Of a stretch of 64,000 bases of DNA, positions 29,926-39,590 are shown piece by piece. The first letter of the stretch is position 1. The number at the start of each line of letters is the position of its first letter. The notes beneath the pieces are model-generated. The model saw only the letters and a list, made by a program, of their open reading frames with translations. It was not told the origin of the DNA and did not search any database. The DNA comes from a virus, in the UHGV virus genome UHGV-0072281. One strand, given 5' to 3'. Position numbers and translations under genes: made by a program.

Positions 29926-30558
29926 ATGGCTGTAAGATTCGTACCGTTTCACGACGGGTCTAGATATACTTTTGGTGTAGAGCGTTACGCTGTGGGTTTT
30001 CGTCCTGGTTGGAGAGTGGTACGAATCGATAAAACGTGTTGGTGTTTACCGACCAGCATTTTTGATTACTTTACACCTGAAGCTTTAACGCGGTTTGTTT
30101 CTCTGGGTTCACCCACGCAACGTGCTGCGTGGGAAAAGAAAATTCGTTGCCGTTATTTGGGTAAAACACGAAACGCGACGGTACGTGGTGTTTATCACGT
30201 AGGGAGTCGTTGGTTACACGTTGAATCAACACATCCCCGTTGTGCAGTTACACCCTTTAACGGTGAATATCACGGTCAGGTGTATACCGGAATACATTTT
30301 GCGTTCCCGGATAACCCTGACCTTAATTATTTTCTGGCTACCCCGAAAGACGTTACATTAGCCACGTTCTATAAATACCTTTTGTTCTATCCTGCGTACG
30401 TCGTTGCAGAATACGAACACAAAGCATTTCCTCTGCCTTACGGTAGAGACAGGAGATTAGCAGGATGTTCTATCGAGAACTTCAGCAATACACCGACGCT
30501 CTCCGAAAAGCGACCATCGATGCTCACAACAACCTCAGAGATGTCGTTAGCGTTATAG
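29926..30558 (+). CDS. hypothetical protein (210 aa)
   Basis: ORF with RBS; 3' end overlaps the next ORF, so exact boundaries are uncertain. Confidence 0.45.
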   Translation: MAVRFVPFHDGSRYTFGVERYAVGFRPGWRVVRIDKTCWCLPTSIFDYFTPEALTRFVSLGSPTQRAAWEKKIRCRYLGKTRNATVRGVYHVGSRWLHVESTHPRCAVTPFNGEYHGQVYTGIHFAFPDNPDLNYFLATPKDVTLATFYKYLLFYPAYVVAEYEHKAFPLPYGRDRRLAGCSIENFSNTPTLSEKRPSMLTTTSEMSLAL

Positions 30559-30836
30559 AACAGTGTTCGGATGTATTGTATGCGGAAACGATTGAAACGC
30601 CAACCCACGACGGTGTGAAATCGCTCCAGCTACACGTTTGTAGTAAACACGGCAGTCTGTCGTTAAACTTCCGTGTAGGTTTAGATTATTACATGGTTCG
30701 CAAGAGCTATTTAAGTTGTGACGGTGACCTCTATCCGGTTGTCTGGAACAACGACTATTCTAAGTTTGTTTATCCACTTGAAGAACACCGACGCACGGTT
30801 TATGAATTTGTGAAAGCTGTTCTCGAGGGGTTCTAA
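30465..30836 (+). CDS. hypothetical protein (123 aa)
   Basis: ORF in the gene series; start uncertain. Confidence 0.4.
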   Translation: MFYRELQQYTDALRKATIDAHNNLRDVVSVIEQCSDVLYAETIETPTHDGVKSLQLHVCSKHGSLSLNFRVGLDYYMVRKSYLSCDGDLYPVVWNNDYSKFVYPLEEHRRTVYEFVKAVLEGF

Positions 30837-30849
30837 AGAGGGTATTGTG

Positions 30850-31455
30850 ATGTCAGAGATGATTCTCGACTCATTACTGCTGATTACGGTGGCGTATATC
30901 AACAAAACCGGTAAGCTACCAAAGCGTGGGGTGACGATTGAGCGGGAGGGATTTAAGCACCGCTACCCGTTAACGAAAGTTCTCGATTTGGCAGCGCGGT
31001 TAGCGAAGATGCGTAGACCGACGTCAGACGCAGCACCGAAGTACGTATTAGTGGTACTTCAACGTGCGATTTCTGAAGTTCGTCGTGCGCGTCGTCGTGC
31101 CTCGTTTCGCTTTTATCCAAACTCTACGCAACAGGTTGTGGGGGTCTATAACGAAATGGTTGTTGATTTACGTGCCGAACACTGTAACGTTACGGGACTT
31201 GCGTATAACCGCCTCAAACGCATTCTGGACAACTCAGACGCGTTTACCACACCGCAAGAAGGTCAAGCGGCTTTAGCGCTTCTACGTGGCGCTGAGCTCG
31301 TTATTGTGGACACCGCAGTACAGGCCGCAAGAATGCAGCACTATCTTGCTAAGCAAGGGTTAGTTTTACTGTGTGTAGCGTCTGCACAGGCTGCTAATCT
31401 TACCGGACCGGAAAAGTCAGAAGTGTGGAGTGGTCCGATTGTTGACCATCAATAA
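30850..31455 (+). CDS. hypothetical protein (~201 aa)
   Basis: ATG 30850; followed by terminator. Confidence 0.5.
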   Translation: MSEMILDSLLLITVAYINKTGKLPKRGVTIEREGFKHRYPLTKVLDLAARLAKMRRPTSDAAPKYVLVVLQRAISEVRRARRRASFRFYPNSTQQVVGVYNEMVVDLRAEHCNVTGLAYNRLKRILDNSDAFTTPQEGQAALALLRGAELVIVDTAVQAARMQHYLAKQGLVLLCVASAQAANLTGPEKSEVWSGPIVDHQ

Positions 31456-31462
31456 AACCTTA

Positions 31463-31496
31463 CCCCTACCTAACGGTAGGGGCGGGTTTCTTTTTT
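31463..31496 (+). terminator. rho-independent terminator
   Basis: cccctacc/ggtagggg stem followed by T-rich tract. Confidence 0.7.
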
Positions 31497-31593
31497 ATCC
31501 TAAAATTTATTACAACCAATAGCTATTATGTGAACGCCGGTATGGAATAAAGAAGTATCGGTTTAAATTTTTGTGCGTAAAGGTAAAACAATA

Positions 31594-32217
31594 ATGCTTA
31601 AGACAGTGTCTATTGATGGCCCTGACTTTTCTGGGAAATCGACGTTGTGCAAAATAGTAAAAGGTATGCTGGAATCTGCGGGGTTAAAGGTCTGCATCCG
31701 TAATCACCCTACGACGGAGACCGAAGCGGGTATCCGCGCGCGCAGTTTAGTCGTTCAGTCCGCAGCAAAAGCAAAAATTGCCGAAGCGATGTGCGACGAT
31801 TTCCTCCACACGCTAGACCATGTTGTTGACGATTACGATGTTGTTATTTTCGACAGGTTCTGTCCCTCTACAGTCGTTTACCAGGGCGTCGACGGTAAAG
31901 ACGAAGTTTTCCGACGTAAGCTAACGCGTCATTTCCACGCACCAGATTTGTACGTTTGGACAGATGTGGATTACGACGGCGCAGTAGCACGCTTTAAGAA
32001 ACGGGTAGAAGAACAAGGTAAGAATTGGGACGATGAGGTTCTTACCGTTAAGTATTTAAAAGACAACCAAAGCTGGGAAGCGTTACGTGATCACTACCGT
32101 TTCGCCCACCACATTCTCACTGAAGGCGGTTGTCTGCACCATTTATTACTCGTGAAGCAAGACGACGATTACCGTTTAAAAGCGGCTGAAATCGTTGCTT
32201 GTATTTTAGAGAATTAA
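31594..32217 (+). CDS. tmk: thymidylate (dNMP) kinase
   Basis: P-loop SIDGPDFSGKST near the N-terminus; DRFCPSTVVYQG matches the Tmk DR-x-x-S-T-x-x-YQG motif. Confidence 0.6.
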   Translation: MLKTVSIDGPDFSGKSTLCKIVKGMLESAGLKVCIRNHPTTETEAGIRARSLVVQSAAKAKIAEAMCDDFLHTLDHVVDDYDVVIFDRFCPSTVVYQGVDGKDEVFRRKLTRHFHAPDLYVWTDVDYDGAVARFKKRVEEQGKNWDDEVLTVKYLKDNQSWEALRDHYRFAHHILTEGGCLHHLLLVKQDDDYRLKAAEIVACILEN

Positions 32218-32224
32218 TCACATA

Positions 32225-32259
32225 CCCCTACCTTCGGGTAGGGGGTTATTTAATTTTTT
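32225..32259 (+). terminator. rho-independent terminator
   Basis: cccctacc-ttcg-ggtagggg hairpin followed by T-rich tract. Confidence 0.7.
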
Positions 32260-32260
32260 C

Positions 32261-32300
32261 TCAGATATATATTACCTTAGTGAGATTACACAGTAATCTC
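32261..32300 (+). promoter_or_regulatory. conserved phage promoter motif plus 8-bp hairpin (gagattac/gtaatctc)
   Basis: Copy 2 of TCAGATATATATTACC; directly after a terminator; precedes the XRE regulator gene. Confidence 0.55.
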
Positions 32301-32334
32301 TTACGACTTGTTCTACAGATTAGGATTAATTATC

Positions 32335-32694
32335 ATGGCTTACAATCACAACTCTATTGTTTTAGCAAAACGTAAATTCGGTCTTCATCTTTCTTACGTG
32401 ATTCGTCATTTGACAGCGAAAGACATTACACAGCGTGAACTTGCCCAGCTTGCGAAAGTTTCACAACCGGTTATTTCATCTATTAAGAACGAACGCAGCG
32501 AATGCCTGAGTCTCCCAATAATGATGAAGGTTGCTGATGCGATTCGTCTGAAATATCAGATTACGTTTAATTCTGTTAAAGGGAGTTGCTCAGTAACGGT
32601 TCACGTAGAGTCTGCGTTGGACTACGTTGCAAATACGTCCCTTAAACGTACAGCGAAGAATATTCGTTTTGTTACTAACGGCGCAACACACTAA
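32335..32694 (+). CDS. XRE-family helix-turn-helix transcriptional regulator
   Basis: ITQRELAQLAKVSQPVISSIKN is a typical HTH_3 (Cro/CI-type) motif; first gene after the promoter motif. Confidence 0.65.
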   Translation: MAYNHNSIVLAKRKFGLHLSYVIRHLTAKDITQRELAQLAKVSQPVISSIKNERSECLSLPIMMKVADAIRLKYQITFNSVKGSCSVTVHVESALDYVANTSLKRTAKNIRFVTNGATH

Positions 32695-32715
32695 CCAACC
32701 TAAAGGAGTATTATC

Positions 32716-33402
32716 ATGGCACCGAAAACTAAGAAAACTGAAGTTAAAGAAACTGAAGAAAAACCGGTTAACTTCTATAATGACGAACAGGTTAAGCAGA
32801 CTGAGCCTAGCAAGAAGCTTGCGCTTATGCCGCCTACCACAGAAATACACGGGGATAAAATCTTAAGTTACACTCCGCGCATGAGTTTAGCGATCGATAT
32901 TTACCATTACCCGGTATTCGACCTGTACACGCTTGTCTGTCGACTCGACGATGAGATACTGGCAGTCGTTCCAGGTATCCACAAAGAAAAACTGCTTACG
33001 GGTTCAGTCATTAGCGAGATTTTCCTGCGCCTGATGTTTAAATCAGACGATAAGAGAATCAGCCAGATTGCTGGTAAAATGACTGACTTCTTTGTTGAGG
33101 CTTCAACGTGGTTAGGCTTTCACCCAACGGCTTATTTCATTTTCGACACCAAAATGTTGTATGCTGAAATGGGCGACAGCGTTAAGTATCCTATCTTACT
33201 TAATGAAGAAGTCGTTCCGTTTTCCCTTTCCAGTCCTAACAAACATCTTCGCTTTCATCCGGCGTTAGAAAGCCTGATCGAACACCAACGGTTGGAAAAA
33301 TATTACGCTTATCATCGCATGTTCTTTGAGCTTCTGCGTGATAAATTAAGAGGCAAAGTTCCAGATTCTAGTGTATCGTTCACTAGTTCTAAGCTTTGGT
33401 AG
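32716..33402 (+). CDS. hypothetical protein (228 aa)
   Basis: AAGGAG RBS. Confidence 0.55.
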   Translation: MAPKTKKTEVKETEEKPVNFYNDEQVKQTEPSKKLALMPPTTEIHGDKILSYTPRMSLAIDIYHYPVFDLYTLVCRLDDEILAVVPGIHKEKLLTGSVISEIFLRLMFKSDDKRISQIAGKMTDFFVEASTWLGFHPTAYFIFDTKMLYAEMGDSVKYPILLNEEVVPFSLSSPNKHLRFHPALESLIEHQRLEKYYAYHRMFFELLRDKLRGKVPDSSVSFTSSKLW

Positions 33403-33415
33403 TTTGTAACAAACA

Positions 33416-33441
33416 GGGAGCTTCGGCTCCCTTTTTCTTTT
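33416..33441 (+). terminator. rho-independent terminator
   Basis: gggagc-ttcg-gctccc hairpin followed by a T run. Confidence 0.75.
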
Positions 33442-33488
33442 TACAACTTTTTCTTTTGTTGTGAGGAAAGCCGATAAGGAGTATTAAA

Positions 33489-34475
33489 ATGGTATATCGT
33501 AAAACGATAGAAAGAACCTCTTCTGATTTAACAGTAGGACGCTTAGCCCGTAGAGATATTCGCAATCCTCAACTTCAGGCATGTTTAATGGGTCCTAACG
33601 GTGCGGTGATTCGTGAAGCACTGTGTAATACCGAGCTGAATACGTTCTCTTTACAAAAAGGAAAAACAATCCAAGGGTTTATCATCACAAAACACATTTA
33701 CGGTGATCCAACGTTACACTGCTTGTATATGCACGAAATTGTACCAGGCTGTTTGAACAAACTGAGTCTTCTATTGGTACTTGACTATACGGGTTTTACG
33801 TACCTTAACCGAATTGCCAGAGGCGTGGAAGAAATTGCTGAGCTTAACGATTTAGGGTTTAGACATACCCACACAGCATATCGTTTAGGTACACGTACGC
33901 TATCGGATGTCACTTTACCGACGAACGTGAAGAACGTCTCCGGCGACTTCTATAAAGACTTAACCGGAGCACAACGTGAGCAGCTCATGACATTGTTTGG
34001 CACTAGTGTCGTTGAAAATATCAATGCTGACCCTGTAACGCGTTCTCGACAAATAATGCCGCAAGTTGAAACATTGGTGGAGTTAGTGCGGCACGTCAAT
34101 CACTACACTTACGTTTGGATGGGCGGTAATGACGTTGTGGGTGTGGTGCAAGTTAAATCACGTAATCTTAGTGAGTGCGAACTAAAAGCCATTGCGGTAA
34201 GTGAATCACACCGGGGCCGTGGGATTGGGCGTGCGTTGCTGTATCGTGCTTTACAGATTGCATCGACAACAGCGGCACCATTAGAAATAGGGTGTTACAA
34301 TAACAATTCAGCATTTAGACACCTGGCTGTAGATTTGTTTAAATTCCGTCCCTACGAGTACGAATTTGTTTTAGTGCGCGACGACGATGTCGTCAGTTGG
34401 GAGCGTCGGAAAAACCGCGTCGCGTTAGTGTTAGGCGACGAAATGTCAACGTTACAAGGCGGAATTAATGCATAA
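33489..34475 (+). CDS. two-domain protein with C-terminal GNAT acetyltransferase domain (328 aa)
   Basis: C-terminal HRGRGIGRALLYRALQIA (GNAT motif A); N-terminal ~200 aa unassigned; stop overlaps the dam start. Confidence 0.55.
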   Translation: MVYRKTIERTSSDLTVGRLARRDIRNPQLQACLMGPNGAVIREALCNTELNTFSLQKGKTIQGFIITKHIYGDPTLHCLYMHEIVPGCLNKLSLLLVLDYTGFTYLNRIARGVEEIAELNDLGFRHTHTAYRLGTRTLSDVTLPTNVKNVSGDFYKDLTGAQREQLMTLFGTSVVENINADPVTRSRQIMPQVETLVELVRHVNHYTYVWMGGNDVVGVVQVKSRNLSECELKAIAVSESHRGRGIGRALLYRALQIASTTAAPLEIGCYNNNSAFRHLAVDLFKFRPYEYEFVLVRDDDVVSWERRKNRVALVLGDEMSTLQGGINA

Positions 34476-35283
34476 ACCAATTATAAAGTGGATGGGTGGC
34501 AAATCGCGGATCATCGACACCTTACTACAAGTCTTACCTGAACGTACAACATTCGTTGAACCGTTTGTTGGTGCAGGGTCGGTGTTTTTGAACACACGTT
34601 ATAAACGTTACATTCTTGCTGACTCTAACCCTGACTTAATACAGTTGCTGAACGTGGCGAAAGACCAACCTGAAGAACTTATCTTAAAGTCGAAACCGCT
34701 ATTCGAAGACGGTAACGATTGTATTAAGTATATGGAGAGACGAGAACTGTTTAATCGCGAAACGGATATGGCCCCGTTAGACCGTGCTGCAATGTTTCTG
34801 TACTTAATGCGTCATGGTTTTAACGGGATGTGTCGTTACAACGGCGGCGGAGGTTTTAACGTTCCGTTTGGTCGCTATCCTAACGGTGTGTATTACCCGT
34901 TAGAAGAGATTCGTGGTTGGGCTAAACGTTGTCAAGAACCGGAATACTTAGAAATTGTTTGTGAAGATTTCCGAACAGTTTTAGAGCGTACACCGGAAGA
35001 CAGCGTGATTTACGCAGACCCACCTTATATACCGCTCTCAGAGACCGCTAAACACGCCCAATACCATCGGAAGGAGTTTTCCCAGGCTGACCATCGGGAA
35101 CTCGCCAGAGCGCTGTTTAAGCAGGTTGAGAAGGGGAATAGCGTTGTGTTGTCCAATGCAGATACGTTACTAACGCGTGAGATTTATTACGGGTTCGAAT
35201 GGCGTTCTGTGGAAGTAGGGCGGTATATGGGTGCATCGGGCGCTGCTCGTAAAACGGTAACGGAATTGTTAGGAGTGCTCTAA
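34468..35283 (+). CDS. dam: DNA adenine methyltransferase (Dam family, GATC-type)
   Basis: IKWMGGKSRIID...VEPFVGAGSVFLN (AdoMet binding) and DPPY catalytic motif; close to E. coli Dam as recalled from memory. Confidence 0.85.
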   Translation: MHKPIIKWMGGKSRIIDTLLQVLPERTTFVEPFVGAGSVFLNTRYKRYILADSNPDLIQLLNVAKDQPEELILKSKPLFEDGNDCIKYMERRELFNRETDMAPLDRAAMFLYLMRHGFNGMCRYNGGGGFNVPFGRYPNGVYYPLEEIRGWAKRCQEPEYLEIVCEDFRTVLERTPEDSVIYADPPYIPLSETAKHAQYHRKEFSQADHRELARALFKQVEKGNSVVLSNADTLLTREIYYGFEWRSVEVGRYMGASGAARKTVTELLGVL

Positions 35284-36056
35284 TGCGTATAGTGGATATC
35301 CACGATTATCGTAATGACCATTTAGCGATTGGTGTAGAAGGTAAAATGGTTTCGTTAACCCGTGTACGTAAAGGGTTAATGGAAAAGGAAATCATTCGGG
35401 AATCTGAAGACCCTACTTTTATCATCCTTTCGAATACTAACCAGTTACAGGGCATCTTTTCAGGGCGTGCAGACGGTAAGATTTTCTATATGTCCGCGAT
35501 CGTTGTGTTTGCGAAGAAGAACATCAACTTCGCCCAACTCAAACGTTTGTTAAACGTGAAGATGTTCGATGTCACGTACCCTGCTAACGACCTAAAACGT
35601 CGTAATCAATTAATGACGTTTTTAGGTATGCAACCAACGTCTATCGATTATGACCTTACGATTACTGAAAAGCCGGAAGTGCGCACTGACTTACCTGACG
35701 TAGACGATGTTGAATCCTTAACGTTAGAAGAGACGTTTACGATTCCTAAGGTTGTTAATGTCAACCTGGACACGCACTGTTTAGGGTTGTTAGCCGTAGG
35801 TGCAGCAGAAGGGTTGTGTTGTCGTAAAGACGGTAAGGTTGAAGGTATCTTAGTCTATTCGAAAATCAACGAAAAGACATTTGCCACCGAAGGCTTTTTC
35901 TATAACGATTGCACTTACGGAAACGCTCTACTAACCACGTATTTCCGTATTGCTTATCTGAAAGGCGCAACTGTACGCCTCACGTTTCCATACACAGCTC
36001 CACCGTCTATGGGTGGAGTTGAGGTAGAAGCATTAACCGGTCACTTTATCTTTTAA
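35283..36056 (+). CDS. hypothetical protein (257 aa)
   Basis: Coupled to dam (ATG overlaps its stop). Confidence 0.55.
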   Translation: MRIVDIHDYRNDHLAIGVEGKMVSLTRVRKGLMEKEIIRESEDPTFIILSNTNQLQGIFSGRADGKIFYMSAIVVFAKKNINFAQLKRLLNVKMFDVTYPANDLKRRNQLMTFLGMQPTSIDYDLTITEKPEVRTDLPDVDDVESLTLEETFTIPKVVNVNLDTHCLGLLAVGAAEGLCCRKDGKVEGILVYSKINEKTFATEGFFYNDCTYGNALLTTYFRIAYLKGATVRLTFPYTAPPSMGGVEVEALTGHFIF

Positions 36057-36065
36057 GGACGATGA

Positions 36066-36293
36066 ATGGAAATCAAACGTATTGTAACCAAAAACAAACA
36101 GATTGTTTACGTCGCAGGTGATAACGAATTCTCGGCGGTAATTAACAGCGAAAATGCGCTCATTATCGGTTATCCGGGTAAAGTTATTACGCGCAGTCAC
36201 CAACGTGCGATTGACAAACTTATCGCGAAAGCGAAAGCGCGCGACGGTGTTGGTTCAGTACAAACCCACACAGGGTTAACGCTGACCCTCTAG
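36066..36293 (+). CDS. small hypothetical protein (75 aa)
   Basis: Short ORF in the gene series; ends with TAG. Confidence 0.45.
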   Translation: MEIKRIVTKNKQIVYVAGDNEFSAVINSENALIIGYPGKVITRSHQRAIDKLIAKAKARDGVGSVQTHTGLTLTL

Positions 36294-36332
36294 TCAGCAG
36301 GTAATATGACCTCTTAACTGGAGACTTTAATA

Positions 36333-36839
36333 ATGAGTGAGACTCTGGATTTTAATCAGCTCGAACAACACGATTTTGATCTCGGTGTTCGTGATATCGA
36401 TGCTGATCATGAAACACGTTGTAAAGAGCTGTTTAACCGTTACGGTCAGCTCATCACCGGTGCCTCTGATGACACCGAATTCAGTTTAGATGAGTTTGAA
36501 AAAGTTTTGTCGTGTTTTATCACCGATTGCCTGGCGAAGAAAGCGTTACTTGTAGAACTGAACTTAGACTCCGTCGAACCTACCGATGCCCACGCGGTGT
36601 TGAAAGAATCCATTATCCCAACTGATGAGATTATGGACACGGTAGCAGGTATTCGTGGTACGTTTGAAACCGCTGTAGATGAATACACGGAACAGCTTCG
36701 TGAGTCAGGACTGACGTTGTGTGCGCCAGCAGGCGAGCAATTACCGTCCGACGCAGAAACTGAAGAAGCGCGTAGCCGCTTAGCACGTTATGTTATCACG
36801 TCTATCTTGGTAGATGATCGCGAAGAGAATCTGCTGTAA
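36333..36839 (+). CDS. strongly acidic protein (168 aa), DNA-mimic candidate
   Basis: High D+E content throughout; own terminator. Confidence 0.5.
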   Translation: MSETLDFNQLEQHDFDLGVRDIDADHETRCKELFNRYGQLITGASDDTEFSLDEFEKVLSCFITDCLAKKALLVELNLDSVEPTDAHAVLKESIIPTDEIMDTVAGIRGTFETAVDEYTEQLRESGLTLCAPAGEQLPSDAETEEARSRLARYVITSILVDDREENLL

Positions 36840-36845
36840 GCTGCA

Positions 36846-36880
36846 CCCTCTCTCCAGACGGAGAGAGGGTGTATTTTTTT
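36846..36880 (+). terminator. rho-independent terminator
   Basis: ccctctctcc-agac-ggagagaggg hairpin followed by a T run. Confidence 0.75.
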
Positions 36881-36935
36881 ACGCGTATAGCCGTAGTTAT
36901 GCACAAGTAAACAAAATTAATTGAGGAACAATCTG

Positions 36936-37253
36936 ATGTGGTTAAGTGCTATTCATCGCGATTTACCGAAAACGGCAGTGAGTTTTGCTAAGAAAACTCC
37001 TGTTCCTAACGTTGGTGTTGCTAAATTTGAACGAGTGGAAGAGGGGCAATTCGTTGTAACGGATCATAAAGAAAACGAATTTATGTTGTATCATCCAGAA
37101 GTGGATACCTCTGAAATTTGTGAGGGTGTTTTTTTATTGTCCTGGCAAGACCCTGAAACTAAAGAGTGGAAGTGGTGCACCGCTAAACCATTAAAAGAAA
37201 TCGAAAACGGTTATGGGATTGGAGAAATTTATGTCGAACCAGAACCACACTAA
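36936..37253 (+). CDS. hypothetical protein (~105 aa)
   Basis: ATG 36936 with GAGGA 8 nt upstream. Confidence 0.5.
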   Translation: MWLSAIHRDLPKTAVSFAKKTPVPNVGVAKFERVEEGQFVVTDHKENEFMLYHPEVDTSEICEGVFLLSWQDPETKEWKWCTAKPLKEIENGYGIGEIYVEPEPH

Positions 37254-37298
37254 TTTCGATATAACATCAGCATTGCGTTGTTAACGGTCTAAAAAATT

Positions 37299-37332
37299 TA
37301 AGATATATTTCATCTATGTGAGAATTCTCACT
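37299..37332 (+). promoter_or_regulatory. degenerate copy of the promoter motif plus 14-bp palindrome gtgagaattctcac
   Basis: taAGATATATttcatctatGTGAGA followed by a perfect palindrome, 25 nt upstream of the ATG at 37355. Confidence 0.35.
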
Positions 37333-37354
37333 TAACTAAATGGAGTAATCTAAA

Positions 37355-37624
37355 ATGGCTAAGATTTACATTGTTGAAAAACGTTCAGGTAATGTTCTTT
37401 CTTATCACGAAGAAGGCAAACCCGAAAGAGTTAAAACGCTCAAGCTTGAAGGTTTTGATGTGAAAAGCCTGCGTAAAGGCGTGAAGATTACTTTCAAAGG
37501 TTTGATTCGTGCAAGTAACTTACACATCATTAAAACGGACGGAACGATGGTTGCATTAGCACCGGCTACCGCTGCGAAAACGACAGCCGGTCGGGGTTGC
37601 TACGGCAGCAGTCGTAAGATTTAA
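37355..37624 (+). CDS. small hypothetical protein (89 aa)
   Basis: ORF between promoter-like element and terminator. Confidence 0.5.
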   Translation: MAKIYIVEKRSGNVLSYHEEGKPERVKTLKLEGFDVKSLRKGVKITFKGLIRASNLHIIKTDGTMVALAPATAAKTTAGRGCYGSSRKI

Positions 37625-37631
37625 GCAGTGC

Positions 37632-37668
37632 CCCTCTCTCCTAGCGGAGAGAGGGTACTTTTATTTTT
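37632..37668 (+). terminator. rho-independent terminator, near-duplicate of the one at 36846
   Basis: ccctctctcc-tagc-ggagagaggg hairpin followed by a T run. Confidence 0.75.
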
Positions 37669-37682
37669 CTTCGAGGTGTGTG

Positions 37683-38171
37683 ATGACAACGGTATTAGTA
37701 ACAAAGGATTACATTTTAGCTGATCGTTTAGTGGAATATAGTGGAACAGTTAAAGAATTGCCCAAACTACACAAACACAAAAACAAGTTTGTTTTCTACA
37801 CGGGGGAACGTGTACTGGACACCGAGTTTTGGAAAATGTCGATGACCGTTACTATAGAAAAATATTTAGACGAGGATAAACGCAAGAAAGTTGAGCCGTT
37901 GCTTGTGGAACTTTTCGAAAAAGAGCAATTGTTTGATCAAATCGTCATTTTTACGGTCAGAGAAACCTATTGGCTAGGATTAGTATCAGATAAGTTTAAA
38001 ACGTTTGTAATAAATAAAAATGCGGTCTGGACGACGGGATCTGGTGGCGGCTTTGCGCGGGCAGCTTGGGCAACAGGAATATCAGAAAAGAAAATTATGC
38101 CATTGGTAGGATCAATTGATACAGCATCATCACAAACGTACGACTTGTTTTACAGGAAGCATTTACGATGA
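37683..38171 (+). CDS. hypothetical protein (~162 aa)
   Basis: GAGGT RBS before ATG 37683. Confidence 0.5.
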   Translation: MTTVLVTKDYILADRLVEYSGTVKELPKLHKHKNKFVFYTGERVLDTEFWKMSMTVTIEKYLDEDKRKKVEPLLVELFEKEQLFDQIVIFTVRETYWLGLVSDKFKTFVINKNAVWTTGSGGGFARAAWATGISEKKIMPLVGSIDTASSQTYDLFYRKHLR

Positions 38172-38689
38172 AAATAAATGCGGTTTTAATTGGCGATGAA
38201 ATATTCGTTAATACAAAAACACAATATATGTGTTACGAAGGTATTACTGTAATAGACGATTATTACGGTAAATACGGTTGGTGGGTTCCGTCTCCTAATT
38301 CTTTACGATTAGAAGAGGCATTAACTGCCGAAGAGAACAAACTGGATGACGAATGGACTTATATCAGCTCCGTAATTGACGTCAGTGGACGAATTAAAGA
38401 CGTCTTCTGGGCTAAAGATATAGGGTGGCGTGTTACACTACACCAACCAACCCCGGTAAGATTGCTCTACGACCACGCCGATACTTCAGAGTTAGCGTTT
38501 ACCATTGAGACGCTCTCGGTACGTAAAGATTTAGATAACGTAGGTAAAGGGAAGTGGTCTATTGAACGCGTAGAGGAAATTCTTAGTCACTTTAAAGCCA
38601 ACAACAAATTTAAACGTTGGTGCACGTTACCTGAATTAGTAGAGGAGTTGAAAAAGCGGGATTGCAAGCCGCTACCTTTTAATCCGTAA
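38168..38689 (+). CDS. hypothetical protein (173 aa)
   Basis: Start overlaps upstream stop. Confidence 0.5.
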   Translation: MKINAVLIGDEIFVNTKTQYMCYEGITVIDDYYGKYGWWVPSPNSLRLEEALTAEENKLDDEWTYISSVIDVSGRIKDVFWAKDIGWRVTLHQPTPVRLLYDHADTSELAFTIETLSVRKDLDNVGKGKWSIERVEEILSHFKANNKFKRWCTLPELVEELKKRDCKPLPFNP

Positions 38690-38733
38690 CTTTTTACGAA
38701 TGTAGCTATTTTAATGATTAGGAGAATATAGAG

Positions 38734-39129
38734 ATGACAGCAATACTAGGTGTAATGACAAGAAAAGCCGATGCCATTGAAACGTTTATTGAACAATACA
38801 ACAACTCACCGTATACGCGTTTTAGATTGCATAAACCGAAGAATAGTACAGAATGGGTTCGTTGGTTTAGGATTTGGGATAAAACAATAAGTAAAATTGA
38901 TCCGTTATTTAGAATAACGGTTGAACCTGCTTATTGGATAGTAATGGAAATTTCGCTATTGCGTATTATCGAAAAACGTCCTATTGACACAAAGACGATG
39001 TTTGGGAATGATACGTATAAAATGTTGACTAACGGTTTTGTAGGTAATGGAGAACACACTTTGTATCAGGCGATGCTGGAAATGTGTTTGTTCGATTTAG
39101 TTACATACGAATTGGAGATTTCAAAATGA
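38734..39129 (+). CDS. hypothetical protein (131 aa)
   Basis: AGGAGA RBS. Confidence 0.5.
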   Translation: MTAILGVMTRKADAIETFIEQYNNSPYTRFRLHKPKNSTEWVRWFRIWDKTISKIDPLFRITVEPAYWIVMEISLLRIIEKRPIDTKTMFGNDTYKMLTNGFVGNGEHTLYQAMLEMCLFDLVTYELEISK

Positions 39130-39590
39130 ATTGCTTCGAATCTAAAGAAATTGTTGAGTTGTTTAAACAGCGTGAGAAAACCTCTTTCCGTGACTTGTAC
39201 GATTCTGATTATCGTCCACTATTTGCGGTATTGTTGAAACTGGATAAAGAACCCGAAATCGCGTTAGCAGAAGTCCAACACCATCATGTCAGTTTCGTGT
39301 TAACTGAAAACAAGGAACGTTGGGTAGATGACATACTGAACCGTATCGCGCTTTTGGAAACGCCACATCGCTGGGAAGTGGTTATTCAGAAATCGTTGTT
39401 CCCGCGTGAAGACATTTTCAACAACTATCGTCCGAAACAATATTACAACCACGATGGGTCGCCAAAACGTGCTTTCCTGGCACCCCAGCATTTCGTAACC
39501 TACGTAACGTTGCGTTACAAAGACACCGTGGTGCCGTTTGACACCTATTTGGAAATGCGTGAGATAATTTTAGGGAAGAATCCGATATGA
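39126..39590 (+). CDS. hypothetical protein (~154 aa)
   Basis: ATGA overlap with upstream stop; GGAGA upstream. Confidence 0.5.
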   Translation: MNCFESKEIVELFKQREKTSFRDLYDSDYRPLFAVLLKLDKEPEIALAEVQHHHVSFVLTENKERWVDDILNRIALLETPHRWEVVIQKSLFPREDIFNNYRPKQYYNHDGSPKRAFLAPQHFVTYVTLRYKDTVVPFDTYLEMREIILGKNPI

